Assembly (NCBI GenBank): GCA_040766525.1
Contig: JAXGQI010000001.1
Span: forward strand, 45,346 to 109,345
DNA length: 64,000 nt
Origin: Clostridiales bacterium
GTDB lineage: Bacteria; Bacillota; Dehalobacteriia; UBA7702
Direction: 5' to 3'
Every line of letters starts with the position of its first letter. The first letter of the stretch is position 1. Below, one piece after another: positions 20,932 to 31,032 of the stretch. The notes under the pieces are model-generated. The model saw only the letters and a list, made by a program, of their open reading frames with translations, did no database searches and was not told the origin of the DNA. A program made the translations under genes and the position numbers.

Positions 20932-22347
20932 TTACCTCTGCCCCTCTTCACCCCTAGTTAATACAGTTATTGAGCAAATCCTGAGTATGTTCATCCATAC
21001 GCGCCGCGCAAGCTGATCGTTTCCTTTAACATGGAGACCGCTTCGCAAAACTCTCAGGATCCCGTTCATTTCCTCCTTGTCACTGGAGAGCATACCTGAT
21101 GGAAGGTGCAGCCCAGGACGGTGTGAAATGCAGATCATCGTACCGCCCGCTAAAGTGATATTATCATCAATCATTTGATTTAAGGACGCATCGCTCAAAA
21201 TGCCCTGCCGCAATTCATGATACCGCTCCACCACGGCTTCGGTAAATGCCCGATCCTGCAATAGCCGTTTGAACCAATTATTCTCCGCCACACAGAAGTC
21301 ATCGGGAGAGAAACTGATCCATTGATAATTATTGAAGCCATTATTAAAATCCCATACGGTCATCGTCAGTTTCCCGCCCAGGTTTTTATAGGTAAAAGTT
21401 GAAATATAGCCGGCATCGCTGATTTGCGCAAATTCATTGATGATGTAGTAATCCACAAAGGAATCAACGTCGATATAGGCGGCATAACCGATCGCGGGGT
21501 CGGCAAAATAATCGCTGTATAAGGCCTCTTCAAATTCTTCCAGATCTTTGGTGATCCAGTCCCTTTGCTCTTCCGTGATTTTTGTTCTCCCGGGATAAGC
21601 AATAGCAACCTCGTGCTGGGTATATCCCATGGTATTGCCGTAGGTCGTAATCGGGTCCGGCTCAACCCCGGATTTTTCCCGGTGTACAATATATGAAGTT
21701 TGACCGGAAAGTAAGCCAAATTCCGTCAAATTCAATCGATCGGGCCCATTGGTGACCGGCTCTACCGCTAAATAAAGTCCCTGATATTCCCCATCAATAA
21801 ACAGTTCAACATATTTACATTCCGGCGCCCAGGGGAGAACCTCCCTGCTGACATCATACAAAAGCTTGTTACGCACCAAAGAGCGGTCAAGATACGGCCC
21901 GTATAGAACCCATTCGCTTTCCGCCCCCATCCCCAATAAATCATAATCCTCTTCTTTATCGGAGCCTTCTTTTTCATAAAACTCCATGCGATAGGATTTT
22001 TTATTGAAGACAAGATACGAGGAGCTGCCTCTGTACTTCAATGTAATCGCGCCGGTGTATTGGGGGGTATCATCGGGATGGTTCGTCCGGTCGTCCCCAT
22101 CGATGATGCCAACCTCCGCCCAAATCGTTTCTTCTTTTTGGATCGTTTGTCCGTCCGTATTGATGACGATCAAAGGAATCTGAGAACAAAACGCATCATC
22201 GTCATGATTGCATTCTCCCTGTTTAGCCCCCTGATCATTTTCACTATTTGCCAACTTTTCATCAGAAAGGACCTTCAATTCATATAAGCCAATCACGGCG
22301 GCCAACATCAATATTAAGATCAAAAAACCAACCAAGGCTTTTTTCAT
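20932..22347 (-). CDS. cotH: CotH family protein (spore-coat protein H-like atypical kinase), N-terminal signal/TM; the C-terminal tail may be frameshifted
   Basis: CotH domain similarity across most of the ORF (WVLYGPYLDRSLVRNKLLYD, YVELFIDGEYQGLYLAVE); 471 aa. Confidence 0.7.
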   Translation of the reverse strand: MKKALVGFLILILMLAAVIGLYELKVLSDEKLANSENDQGAKQGECNHDDDAFCSQIPLIVINTDGQTIQKEETIWAEVGIIDGDDRTNHPDDTPQYTGAITLKYRGSSSYLVFNKKSYRMEFYEKEGSDKEEDYDLLGMGAESEWVLYGPYLDRSLVRNKLLYDVSREVLPWAPECKYVELFIDGEYQGLYLAVEPVTNGPDRLNLTEFGLLSGQTSYIVHREKSGVEPDPITTYGNTMGYTQHEVAIAYPGRTKITEEQRDWITKDLEEFEEALYSDYFADPAIGYAAYIDVDSFVDYYIINEFAQISDAGYISTFTYKNLGGKLTMTVWDFNNGFNNYQWISFSPDDFCVAENNWFKRLLQDRAFTEAVVERYHELRQGILSDASLNQMIDDNITLAGGTMICISHRPGLHLPSGMLSSDKEEMNGILRVLRSGLHVKGNDQLARRVWMNILRICSITVLTRGEEGQR

Positions 22348-22391
22348 GGCGATCCCTTTCTACGCAGAAGAAAATGTGAAAACAGCGTGGG

Positions 22392-23072
22392 TTACCGACC
22401 GATATCGTCAGTCTGTTCCACAAGATTCACGGTTACAACACCTTCGATTTTCAGCAGTTTTTCAACAATATCGCTGCCGACCTTTGCTTTTGCTTTATGG
22501 ATCCTAGCAAGGCGCAAGGTGTAGATGATCTCGCAAAACTCTTGGGAGGCATTCTTCATCGTCTGCTGGATATCTTGATCGAAATAGGTATTCACCGCGG
22601 CTTCCACCTTATTCTGCGCGCTTAAAGAACTCCTGACGATCAAGAGATATTTCGCATCGGGAGAGAACTGGCGCAAAGCGAATAAAAAGATAAAAACGGT
22701 AACGCAGCCAATGGCAGCCAAAACATATTGCGAAACCCCGCAACAGATCCCGACGGCGATCCCCCAAAAAATAAAGGTCGCATCACGGACATCCTTAACC
22801 GCCGTACGAAAACGGATAATCGAAAGCGCCCCAACCATCCCCAAGGAAAGCGCGATATTATTACTGATCACACTCATGACCGTGGCCGTAACGATCACCA
22901 GCATCCCCAGGGATACATTAAATTTTTTGCTATAGGCTGTCCCAGAATAGGTCAGCCAATAGGTGAACATAATGAAGCCGGATATCAGTAGCGCAACAAC
23001 ATTATTAAGGATAATCGTACTGATATTTAAAGCAGCTACATCCGTAAGGCTGGATAAGAGGAAATCTTTCAT
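22392..23072 (-). CDS. DUF4956 domain membrane protein
   Basis: Multi-TM N-terminus plus a C-terminal soluble domain typical of DUF4956, which is commonly found beside CotH/VTC genes. Confidence 0.55.
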   Translation of the reverse strand: MKDFLLSSLTDVAALNISTIILNNVVALLISGFIMFTYWLTYSGTAYSKKFNVSLGMLVIVTATVMSVISNNIALSLGMVGALSIIRFRTAVKDVRDATFIFWGIAVGICCGVSQYVLAAIGCVTVFIFLFALRQFSPDAKYLLIVRSSLSAQNKVEAAVNTYFDQDIQQTMKNASQEFCEIIYTLRLARIHKAKAKVGSDIVEKLLKIEGVVTVNLVEQTDDIGR

Positions 23073-23098
23073 CTCAAGTTCTCCATTTCTATATAATA

Positions 23099-23777
23099 TT
23101 AATAGTACAGACGAGATTGCGCATATTTGCTATTGGCATTGGGGGAAGAATCGATCAAACTAAGGACATGCTTAATCGTGCCGACCAGGAAATGATCATA
23201 CTTCACCTCCAAAACCCCTTGATCACCGGGGATCAAAGGGATAAAGCTCGGCTCCGGATCAAAAAAGTTTTGGGGGAAATAGGAAGCTGAAGTCCCGCTG
23301 TCAAAGGTGACACGGGTATCGCTGACCGGGTATTTATAGGCGATCCGGCGGTATTCGACGATGGTTTTCGGCAAATAGCCGCCGGTCAATAAACGCGTGT
23401 GTAAAGTTCTGGCCAAAGGATCTCATACTGCAACAAAAATCATAATCACAGTTGATCATCATTTGCGCTTCCGCCCTGGTGATCTTCAGTTTTCGCTTGA
23501 TGCTGTCGGAACCGGATTTACATTTATATTCCAAATTCGCAGTAGGGGCATCATAAGAATAGATGCGTAAACGCACCTTCCTCTTCTCCATGGTACCGTC
23601 GAGTTTATCATACAAATCACGGTCATCAATGGAATCAAAATATAAAGAACGGACCTTATAACCGTTGATCCCGCTGAAAGTATCGTATTCCATATAGTTT
23701 TCCAAAGTCTTGCGCAAGCGGAGAAAATCCACCTGCGACAAGGCATATTTGATTTCCTTGCGATAAAACCCTTCCAT
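23099..23777 (-). pseudogene. VTC (polyphosphate polymerase-like) domain protein, one frameshift
   Basis: ORF 23334..23777 (EIKY, RLRIY motifs) continues in ORF 23099..23416 (VTFDSGTS...LEVKYDHFL). Confidence 0.6.
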
Positions 23778-23809
23778 CGTGACTTATCCTTTCCATAAGA
23801 AAGTGTCGT

Positions 23810-24490
23810 TTACATTTTCACTTCTGTTCTAGTCGCCGCTTGCTCCGGCATCGCATCCTCATCCTGACGGAAAGAAATAAGCTTCCGCGGAATGAGTTTC
23901 TGCTTGCGATTGGTTAAATATTGCGTCAAGCAACCCAGAACACTTAAAACCAAAGTGGCAATCCATTGGACCGTCAAGAGATCGATCCCGGCGAAGAAGC
24001 TTTGGGCCACAAACTCCGTGCCGAAAAACCCCAAAATGACGCCGCCAACCAAGGAAGAAGATAAGACGATGACGTCAAAAGTTCGAAACAGCGCGACAGC
24101 GCCGAAGACAATCGCTACAATGGTAGCCAGCCACGGATCCGAGATAAAAAGTTGGCCTAAAACAAAACCCCATAAAGCGGAAATCCCCACGGCTCCGATT
24201 TTCCGCCAGAAGAAGGAAGCAAAACTCAATATCCCGCCCAAAATCGTGAAAGTGGCCACCACCGCGCCCCAGCCCATCCAATTTTGACAAAGCAAGCAAA
24301 TCAAAATGGCAAGGCCCATAAAGGAAAAAACGGAGAAAATGATCCGATACATTTTAAACCCGAAAAAGCAACAGAAAATGCCCAAAAACAAAGTAGGCCA
24401 CAAGAAGTCCGCAACCGATAAGAACAAACTATCGGTTGCCCGCAATGTTTCTATAAAATACAAATAAAAATGATAAAAGAAATTTTCCAT
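23810..24490 (-). CDS. hypothetical integral membrane protein
   Basis: 226 aa, 6-7 predicted TM helices; no recognised motif. Confidence 0.4.
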   Translation of the reverse strand: MENFFYHFYLYFIETLRATDSLFLSVADFLWPTLFLGIFCCFFGFKMYRIIFSVFSFMGLAILICLLCQNWMGWGAVVATFTILGGILSFASFFWRKIGAVGISALWGFVLGQLFISDPWLATIVAIVFGAVALFRTFDVIVLSSSLVGGVILGFFGTEFVAQSFFAGIDLLTVQWIATLVLSVLGCLTQYLTNRKQKLIPRKLISFRQDEDAMPEQAATRTEVKM

Positions 24491-24626
24491 GATCGTTTGC
24501 CTTTCCTAACCCACCGAATCCTATCGGAAAAATACGCTCAAAGCAAGCTGCATCATGCCGCAAACCAAAGTGAATTATTGCGCCAACCTCTTCATACGGG
24601 AATAGAAGAATCCGGCGTTAAGCTCT

Positions 24627-25637
24627 TTACCGATGGAACAGGATGAAATCCGTCACATGATAGTCCTCAATCAAAGCGTGAAAATCATCATAAGAGCCAT
24701 TGTACCAACTGGAACTCAGATAGATCACATTTTCATAATAAGGCGTTAACCACGTACATAAGATTTTCCCGGGATCATCGGCGTAAACGATGATGCTTTT
24801 CCCATTCATGATATCCCCTTTGATAATCGAATGAGAAACGTTACCTCCGATAAAGACGTTTAACACCGGACGGGATATATCAATCATCGGCGCTTCATAG
24901 ATATCATAAACCCCTTTGCTTTCCCGGTTCGTGATCAACTGGGAATTGGCCCCGTCCGCCAATAAATAAAAGGTCATACAATCTCTCAAATCCACATACT
25001 TCGTATATTGTCCGGTAAAGTTTTTTTTGTTTTCCTGATATTTAGAAAGCGCATAGGGTGTATAATTGGCCTCCTCCAAAAAGGTTTGGCAGGCATAATA
25101 AGCGCCCAGCTGCGTCCAGCTATCATCGGTGCGAAAATAAATATATTCATCGCGATGTGCCTGTAAATTACCTAATACATCCAGACAATGGATCTCTTCC
25201 GGCATCATCTCATAAATCTCATCGATCGCTTCGCCCTGATCATCCGTATAATCGCTGCAGCTCTCTTCCAAAGCAATACGAGTCGGGACGAGCATCACAT
25301 AAGGCTCCACCCCTTCCGGAAGGGATTGCAATAAACCGAGCTGTGCTTCGCCGCTCTCCTCTACCGCTTCCGGGTAATAATGAAAAACGCTGACCACACG
25401 ATCATCAAAGTAAATATAATTTTCCGTAATGCGATTGGGTTCCAAATCCAGCTCTGTACCGTAGGGTAACCCCTGTTCCCCGTAAACCGGGGCAACGACG
25501 GGATTCTCCGCAATGGATTGAATTTTATTATATAAAAATCCTGCGCCCATAGAAACAACCAAAATCCCCAGGATCATCCCAATGCTCAAGAGCAGCTTTT
25601 TCTTATTATCCGTCGAGTCCATATCCCATTTCTCCAT
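24627..25637 (-). CDS. DHHW family protein (membrane-anchored, exopolysaccharide/acylation-associated)
   Basis: N-terminal TM; DHHW-family similarity including a DHHW-like motif near the C-terminus (HVTDFILFH). Confidence 0.5.
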   Translation of the reverse strand: MEKWDMDSTDNKKKLLLSIGMILGILVVSMGAGFLYNKIQSIAENPVVAPVYGEQGLPYGTELDLEPNRITENYIYFDDRVVSVFHYYPEAVEESGEAQLGLLQSLPEGVEPYVMLVPTRIALEESCSDYTDDQGEAIDEIYEMMPEEIHCLDVLGNLQAHRDEYIYFRTDDSWTQLGAYYACQTFLEEANYTPYALSKYQENKKNFTGQYTKYVDLRDCMTFYLLADGANSQLITNRESKGVYDIYEAPMIDISRPVLNVFIGGNVSHSIIKGDIMNGKSIIVYADDPGKILCTWLTPYYENVIYLSSSWYNGSYDDFHALIEDYHVTDFILFHR

Positions 25638-27402
25638 GACCTTCTTTGTTTTCCGGTTGCATTAAAACCACATCGATCGATAGTGGAAAGCCTTTTGTTT
25701 CCCGCAAAGGCAAGGGATGAACGATCTGAACCGTTTGGCATGTCTCGCAATGATAAAAAGCATAATTGCCGACAGTTTCCACCTTTTCCGGTATCGTCAT
25801 TTGCCGCAAAGAAGAACAACCGTAAAATGCGCTGGTTTGGATCTCCGTTAACGATTTTGGCAAGGTTAGCGCCGTTAAACTGCTGCAATCCTTAAAACAA
25901 TGACTCATCAATACCGTTATCGCCATATTCCCGGAAAAATCCACCGTTTCAAGATTCTTGCAACCACAGAAAGCGGCGCTTCCCAAAGTCATTAAATCCT
26001 GGGGCAAGTAAACAACCTTTAACGCAGTGCAGTTTTCAAAAGCAGATTCTCCGATGCGGAGCAAATTCACACAATGCCGAAGATCCAATACTTCCAAACT
26101 TTCACAACCATAAAAAGCAAAATCCCCTATTTCCCGTAAAGTGCGGGGCAAAACCAGGGATTTGATCCCGGTGCATTGGAAAAAGAAGCTGCGCGGAATT
26201 TCGGTAGCGCCTTCGGGAATCTTAGCGGTTTCAATAGCAGCGTCATTACGAAAACCCACTTCATCCGTATTACGGTACTCCTCCAAAGAGGAAAAGCTAA
26301 GATCTGTTCGAACCGCAGGTCTTGGGGCAAAAGCCAATGTGCGCCCTTCTTTTCTAGTTCCGATGCCTTCGACGGTATCGGGGCAGATAAAACCACCGGC
26401 CTCCGCATTGACAAACCCATAGACCCTGGTCTTGTAGGAAAAAACGATACTCCCCCGTGCAATAACCGAGACAGTTTTCCCTTCTCTGCCAATCACAACC
26501 CCTTCTTCGGCAATAATATCGCCCTGGGTAAAAATCGCCCCCATCACCCAGGTGTTTTGGCCTAAAATTACATTACCTTCCGCAAAGATATTACCGCATA
26601 CCACCGCATTGTCGCAAAGCCGAACATTACGGTGGGAACGAATATCCCCCTGCACGACCATATCTTCGATAACTACCAGGTTCTTCCAAGTAACGACCGT
26701 TTTTTTGACGACTCCGTCCTCATCCATATGCGTATTGTCTACATAGGCAATACTGCGAAGAACTTTTGTGCTCACATGGGGATCGATTTTCTTTGTCATG
26801 ACCGGCGGCGTCGTTTCCTCTTCGGGATACTGCCCGATATTGATGATTGGCGCATAAAGACGCCTGAACTCACAGTTCGCACCGATCACAAGTTTTGTGG
26901 CGCTGCTCGCGCTGACGCCCAAATGACAATCGTCATAAATCGCCAAGGTACCGTAAGCATCGACCCAACGATCCACATAGATGCCTTCTCCCAAGATCGC
27001 GTCTTTTTTACCGCACAAGGCCCGAACATGCTTACAACCGGACAATACGACATTCTCTCTGGCGAAAATCTCTTTTTCAAAGGTTTCCACACCCAAAGGC
27101 GCAAATTCCTTTGCTTCCACATAAACCAGGTTCTCGCAAACCTCCGGAAGATATTCCGCTTTATCAGCTTCAATCATCGCCTCTTCTTTTGAAAGCTGAA
27201 TCTTTCCGCTGCCGTCATAACCCTGCAAATGCTTTTCCATCAAAGCCGAAAAAGATTTGCTAAAATAGCGTGGATCTTTGGTCTTCTTCGCGTCGATACG
27301 CAGTAATTTCACATGATCCCGTTTATAGGAAAACAAGCTACCGACCAAAGGGAGCAAAATCAAAATCAGAAATGCAATTACCGCTACGATCATGATTGCC
27401 AT
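25606..27402 (-). CDS. membrane-anchored bactofilin-like (polymer-forming) domain plus BspA-type leucine-rich-repeat protein
   Basis: N-terminal TM, a central left-handed beta-helix repeat region (NVRLCDNAVVCGNIFAEGNVILGQNTWVMGAIFTQGDII), and C-terminal LRR_5-type repeats (FxxCxxLxxVxLP). Confidence 0.5.
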   Translation of the reverse strand: MAIMIVAVIAFLILILLPLVGSLFSYKRDHVKLLRIDAKKTKDPRYFSKSFSALMEKHLQGYDGSGKIQLSKEEAMIEADKAEYLPEVCENLVYVEAKEFAPLGVETFEKEIFARENVVLSGCKHVRALCGKKDAILGEGIYVDRWVDAYGTLAIYDDCHLGVSASSATKLVIGANCEFRRLYAPIINIGQYPEEETTPPVMTKKIDPHVSTKVLRSIAYVDNTHMDEDGVVKKTVVTWKNLVVIEDMVVQGDIRSHRNVRLCDNAVVCGNIFAEGNVILGQNTWVMGAIFTQGDIIAEEGVVIGREGKTVSVIARGSIVFSYKTRVYGFVNAEAGGFICPDTVEGIGTRKEGRTLAFAPRPAVRTDLSFSSLEEYRNTDEVGFRNDAAIETAKIPEGATEIPRSFFFQCTGIKSLVLPRTLREIGDFAFYGCESLEVLDLRHCVNLLRIGESAFENCTALKVVYLPQDLMTLGSAAFCGCKNLETVDFSGNMAITVLMSHCFKDCSSLTALTLPKSLTEIQTSAFYGCSSLRQMTIPEKVETVGNYAFYHCETCQTVQIVHPLPLRETKGFPLSIDVVLMQPENKEGHGEMGYGLDG

Positions 27403-28850
27403 AGATTTTCCGCCCCTTCCCCCTCTTCGCTCGTAAAACGCTCCGTTTTATCCCATTTTACTTCACGGAAAGAAATCAAGTCAGCTACGGCATCAAAAAA
27501 TCCAGCTGATATTCCACATATAGAAATAGAAACTAAAGGTCAAAATCGGCAACAGTTTCACATCCCGATCGTCCCATCCATCATCATCGCCGCCGCGATC
27601 TCATAAAACGGCGCAAAATTACCAAGGAGTTATAGGCCCCGATAAACATCAGCACCCACCAACCTGCCAGCATATTCATCTCACCGATAAAGAAGAGATA
27701 CACGGAATCGATCCAAACCCAACGCCAAAGGAAGGCACCCATAGACCAAAAGGAGCAAGATTCCATCGAGCCGCTCCCGAACATTCATATGCTTATTAAA
27801 GAATAAACGGAAAAAATAGCGGAACATAACATTTGTGGCCGCGGGACCACCGGCCTGCCGACCGACCCGCCAATCTTCCGGCGCCTCCTCATAACATTCC
27901 GCGGAATTGGCATAGATCATCTTCCAACCGCGGGTATAAAGGCGGTAGGTCAGTTCCGTATCTTCCGCTAATACCGAAGGATTGAAACCGCGGTCTCTTC
28001 CACCAGCTTTTGCGAAATGCGCCGACACCTCCATACTGCGGCATCAACCGTAAATTATAACGGGCCTGCTGGTCTGCTTGATAACCGCCGGATCTTTCAA
28101 ATTCCAAAGCCGCGTCAACAGATTTATTGGGATTATAGGCACGACGCGGCCCATCACCGCCCCCGGCTCCGATCCTTTTGGAAAGCCAAGGCCAATTGAA
28201 TCAGCATATCTTTACTCGGCGATAATCCGCATCAAAACAATAATGATATCCCCGGTACATTTCCATACCATCGTTTAAACCCGCCGGTTTCCCCGATGCT
28301 TGGAATCCCTGTGCAAAGGGCGAATGCGGGATATTTAGCATGGTATTCTCTAAGAGTTCCGCTGTAGCGTCGGAAGAATTATCATTGATCGGGATGATCT
28401 CCAACGAGTCTCGATCATACCGGCATTCCAACAAGGAATCCAAAACCATAATGGAGCACAGCTTCTTCATTATGCATCGGCACCAAAACAGAAATACGCG
28501 GCATTTTACTGGTAATAATATCGGTATAATATAAGCGTTGTCTGCCGAACATGCGATTATAAGCGAAGACAAAATGCCGCGCCGAATAAAACAAGCATCA
28601 CAATGATAACCACAATAAAAATATGTTTTCAGAATGCCGACGATTACGTCCATAACCAATAATATCACTCTCATTCCTATTTTCAAAAACCGGTGATCAT
28701 TTTTATCAACAAAGATGCTATAGATAAAGACTAAATAAAGGAAATCAAAGAAAGGACCGAAGGAGAAGAACATTGCCCCCATATATAAAGAAGAGAATTG
28801 TGTAATCACAAACAAAAAAGACCAAATAACGGAGAAAGCCAAAAACAAAA
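27403..28850 (-). pseudogene. family-2 glycosyltransferase (PgaC/IcaA/cellulose-synthase-like), heavily frameshifted
   Basis: GT2 N-terminal LEIIPINDNSSDATAELLE (28201..28848), central AGGTDLPPLYPRLEDDL-type piece, C-terminal AEDTELTYRLYTRGWKMIYANSAECYEEAPEDW (27681..28034) and a TM tail. The pieces are in different frames. Confidence 0.6.
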
Positions 28851-28859
28851 GAATACAAG

Positions 28860-29430
28860 AGAATCACAGCGAAAGTAATCACCTTTCTATAGAGCCGACC
28901 GTTACTGATCAATCCGGTAATCACACCGGCAATGACGGTAAAGGAGAGCCAGATCCTTGCTGTTCCATATACAGCTCGGAATAAATGGAATTAGAATACG
29001 GAAATATTCCGGAGCAAATAGGAAGAAGATACAGGAAAAGAAATGGATGATCATCGCCATGACAAAGAAAATAGAGATCGGCATCCCCTTATTATTTCCG
29101 GTCGTAAAAACCAACAAGACGGCCAAACGAGGAGAAGGTTCAAAAAGGATAAAAAGCGTCGAGGGGCAGGCGTCGCCACTCTGGACAAAATATACCGGTC
29201 CAAAAAGCGGCGAAACTCCGACACTGCCCAATAGCAGGCAGGCTTTCTAATCCCAAGATGATTGCAATAATCCGGCAATCAGCTCTGAGATTAAACGCGT
29301 AAGATCGAATAGAAAATCAAGAGCCAAAATAAATGGCCCAAAAGCAGCACAATATAGAGGCTTGTGTGCCCTATCCGGCCGCAAACGGCGATATGTCCGC
29401 GCGAAAAAGATTTTGTTTTTTGATTTTATC
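28860..29430 (-). pseudogene. polytopic membrane protein remnants (EPS-associated?), multiple frames
   Basis: Hydrophobic ORF fragments 28902..29231 and 29247..29432, plus alternative-frame TM segments. Confidence 0.3.
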
Positions 29431-29767
29431 ACTCTTTGCCGGTACTGTTTTTCGCATAAATGCCTCTTTATCCCCCAAGTTTATTATGGGCACCTCTAAA
29501 AACGTCAAATTTCCTTTAGCATATCATACCCCCCGAAAAATCAAGGATTTTGCAAAAAAATGTATGAATTTATCGTAGAATCATCAAAATATCTGTCTTA
29601 AACAGCCATGCACACCACGATTTACCGCCCATTTTCTATAAATGGGCAGACTTATCCCTATATGGATACCGCAGCTTTTTTTACACCAACCAAATAAGCC
29701 CATCTGCTAAGATTGTAGGCAGATTTTTAAGGGTAATCACGCAGGTTGTGCGGTCCTATCAATGACT

Positions 29768-30700
29768 CTAGTGGTCATGCCACCCATCGAATTTGTCATA
29801 TGTCCAAAAAACATGTTCTACCCTTGCTCTAACCTTTGATTTTTCCTTATTTGAAGCCTTTTTTGTTCCTCGCTTAACGGTTTGTTGCGGTATCCCTTTT
29901 CGTGGATATTTAAAATTATATCGGGATTTTTCTCTGATTTTATCGTGCAGTTCCTTGCCAGTGTAGGCACTGTCAGCATTTAACACATTGTCCTTATCGT
30001 CAATCAAATCAACTATCGCTTGGCTATCGTGAACGGCGGCATCTGTAACCGAAAAATCCACAATCATCTTACTGTCGCTATCAACTTTAACATGGTCTTT
30101 ATATCCAAAATGCTTCTCGCCGTTTTTCTCTGTCCAGCGTGCATCAATGTCCTTTTTGACAGCGTTTGTTTTCATTGTCCTGCCAAAGTTCCTCGCCATC
30201 GCCCTCTTTGATTTTCTTGTTTTCATCACGGTTGTTGCGTTGTTTCGGCACATCCAACAAAACTTGCGTCAACGATGCTACCCTCGCGTGTAATCACCCC
30301 GACTTGTTCCATTAATGCGGCAAACATATCAAACAATTCCTTTGATTTTCCGCTGTTTTTTAAGCATTTCACGATAAAGCCATATCGTCTTGGCGTCAGG
30401 AACTTTATCGCCCGACAACCCCAAAATCGCTGAAAACTCAGACGGTCGTTTATCAAAATATTCGGTCATATCATCAGCAATATGATACCACTCTTGCTCA
30501 ATAGCATTATCTTGAACATCAGCATATTATCCATTGGTGGACGACCTCCCTTATCGCCCTTTCTCTGGAATTGCTGTTGTGTCAAGCGTGGGGCGGAATA
30601 TTTCAAAATCCACCCACCTGCCACTTTTTCAAGTGGGTCACCCATTTTACTGAGCCTGTCAAGGCGATTATCTTCTGCAAAAAATTTATCTGTTTCATAG
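29768..30700 (-). mobile_element. IS5-family insertion sequence; transposase ORF split by at least 3 frameshifts
   Basis: N-terminus MKQINFFAEDNRLDRLSKMGDPLEKV...GGRPPMD...LMFKIMLL, middle DRLSFQRF...GSIVDASF, and C-terminal DDE region (NADSAYTGKELHDKI ... RARVEHVFW). Shifts occur at T6 and A-run homopolymers. Confidence 0.7.
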
Positions 30701-31032
30701 GTATATTATATCATATTTGGGCGAATATTGCATGAGGTTTTAAGTTTATTATGATAATATGCTAACATACCCCCAAACATGTGTCAATTATAACTTGGCA
30801 CCATCAATCTGCCAAACACAACATTTATCAGGGAGAATAGCCCCAAGGATTGTTCGCAAAATATCATCATTAACATCATAAAATTGCTTACATCGAAAAG
30901 CATGTATTCAAATACGAAATACACAAAGTATAAAGGAAATAGAAAGCAGCCAACTCTTTAACTTTGACTGCTTTCAAATCGTTTTATCCTAAAAAGTTCA
31001 CTTTGGCACCGGCCCGGGGCAACATCCTTTCT

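Noticed and set aside
29700-30760. Defining IS5 terminal inverted repeats and a target-site duplication
   Set aside because: No clear 15-25 bp inverted repeats could be matched by eye at the predicted ends, so the element boundaries are left approximate.
31000-31020. TTGGCACCGGCCCGGGGCAA plus-strand sigma-54-like motif near the ilvD 3' end
   Set aside because: Wrong spacing (7 nt) and wrong strand relative to the neighbouring genes.
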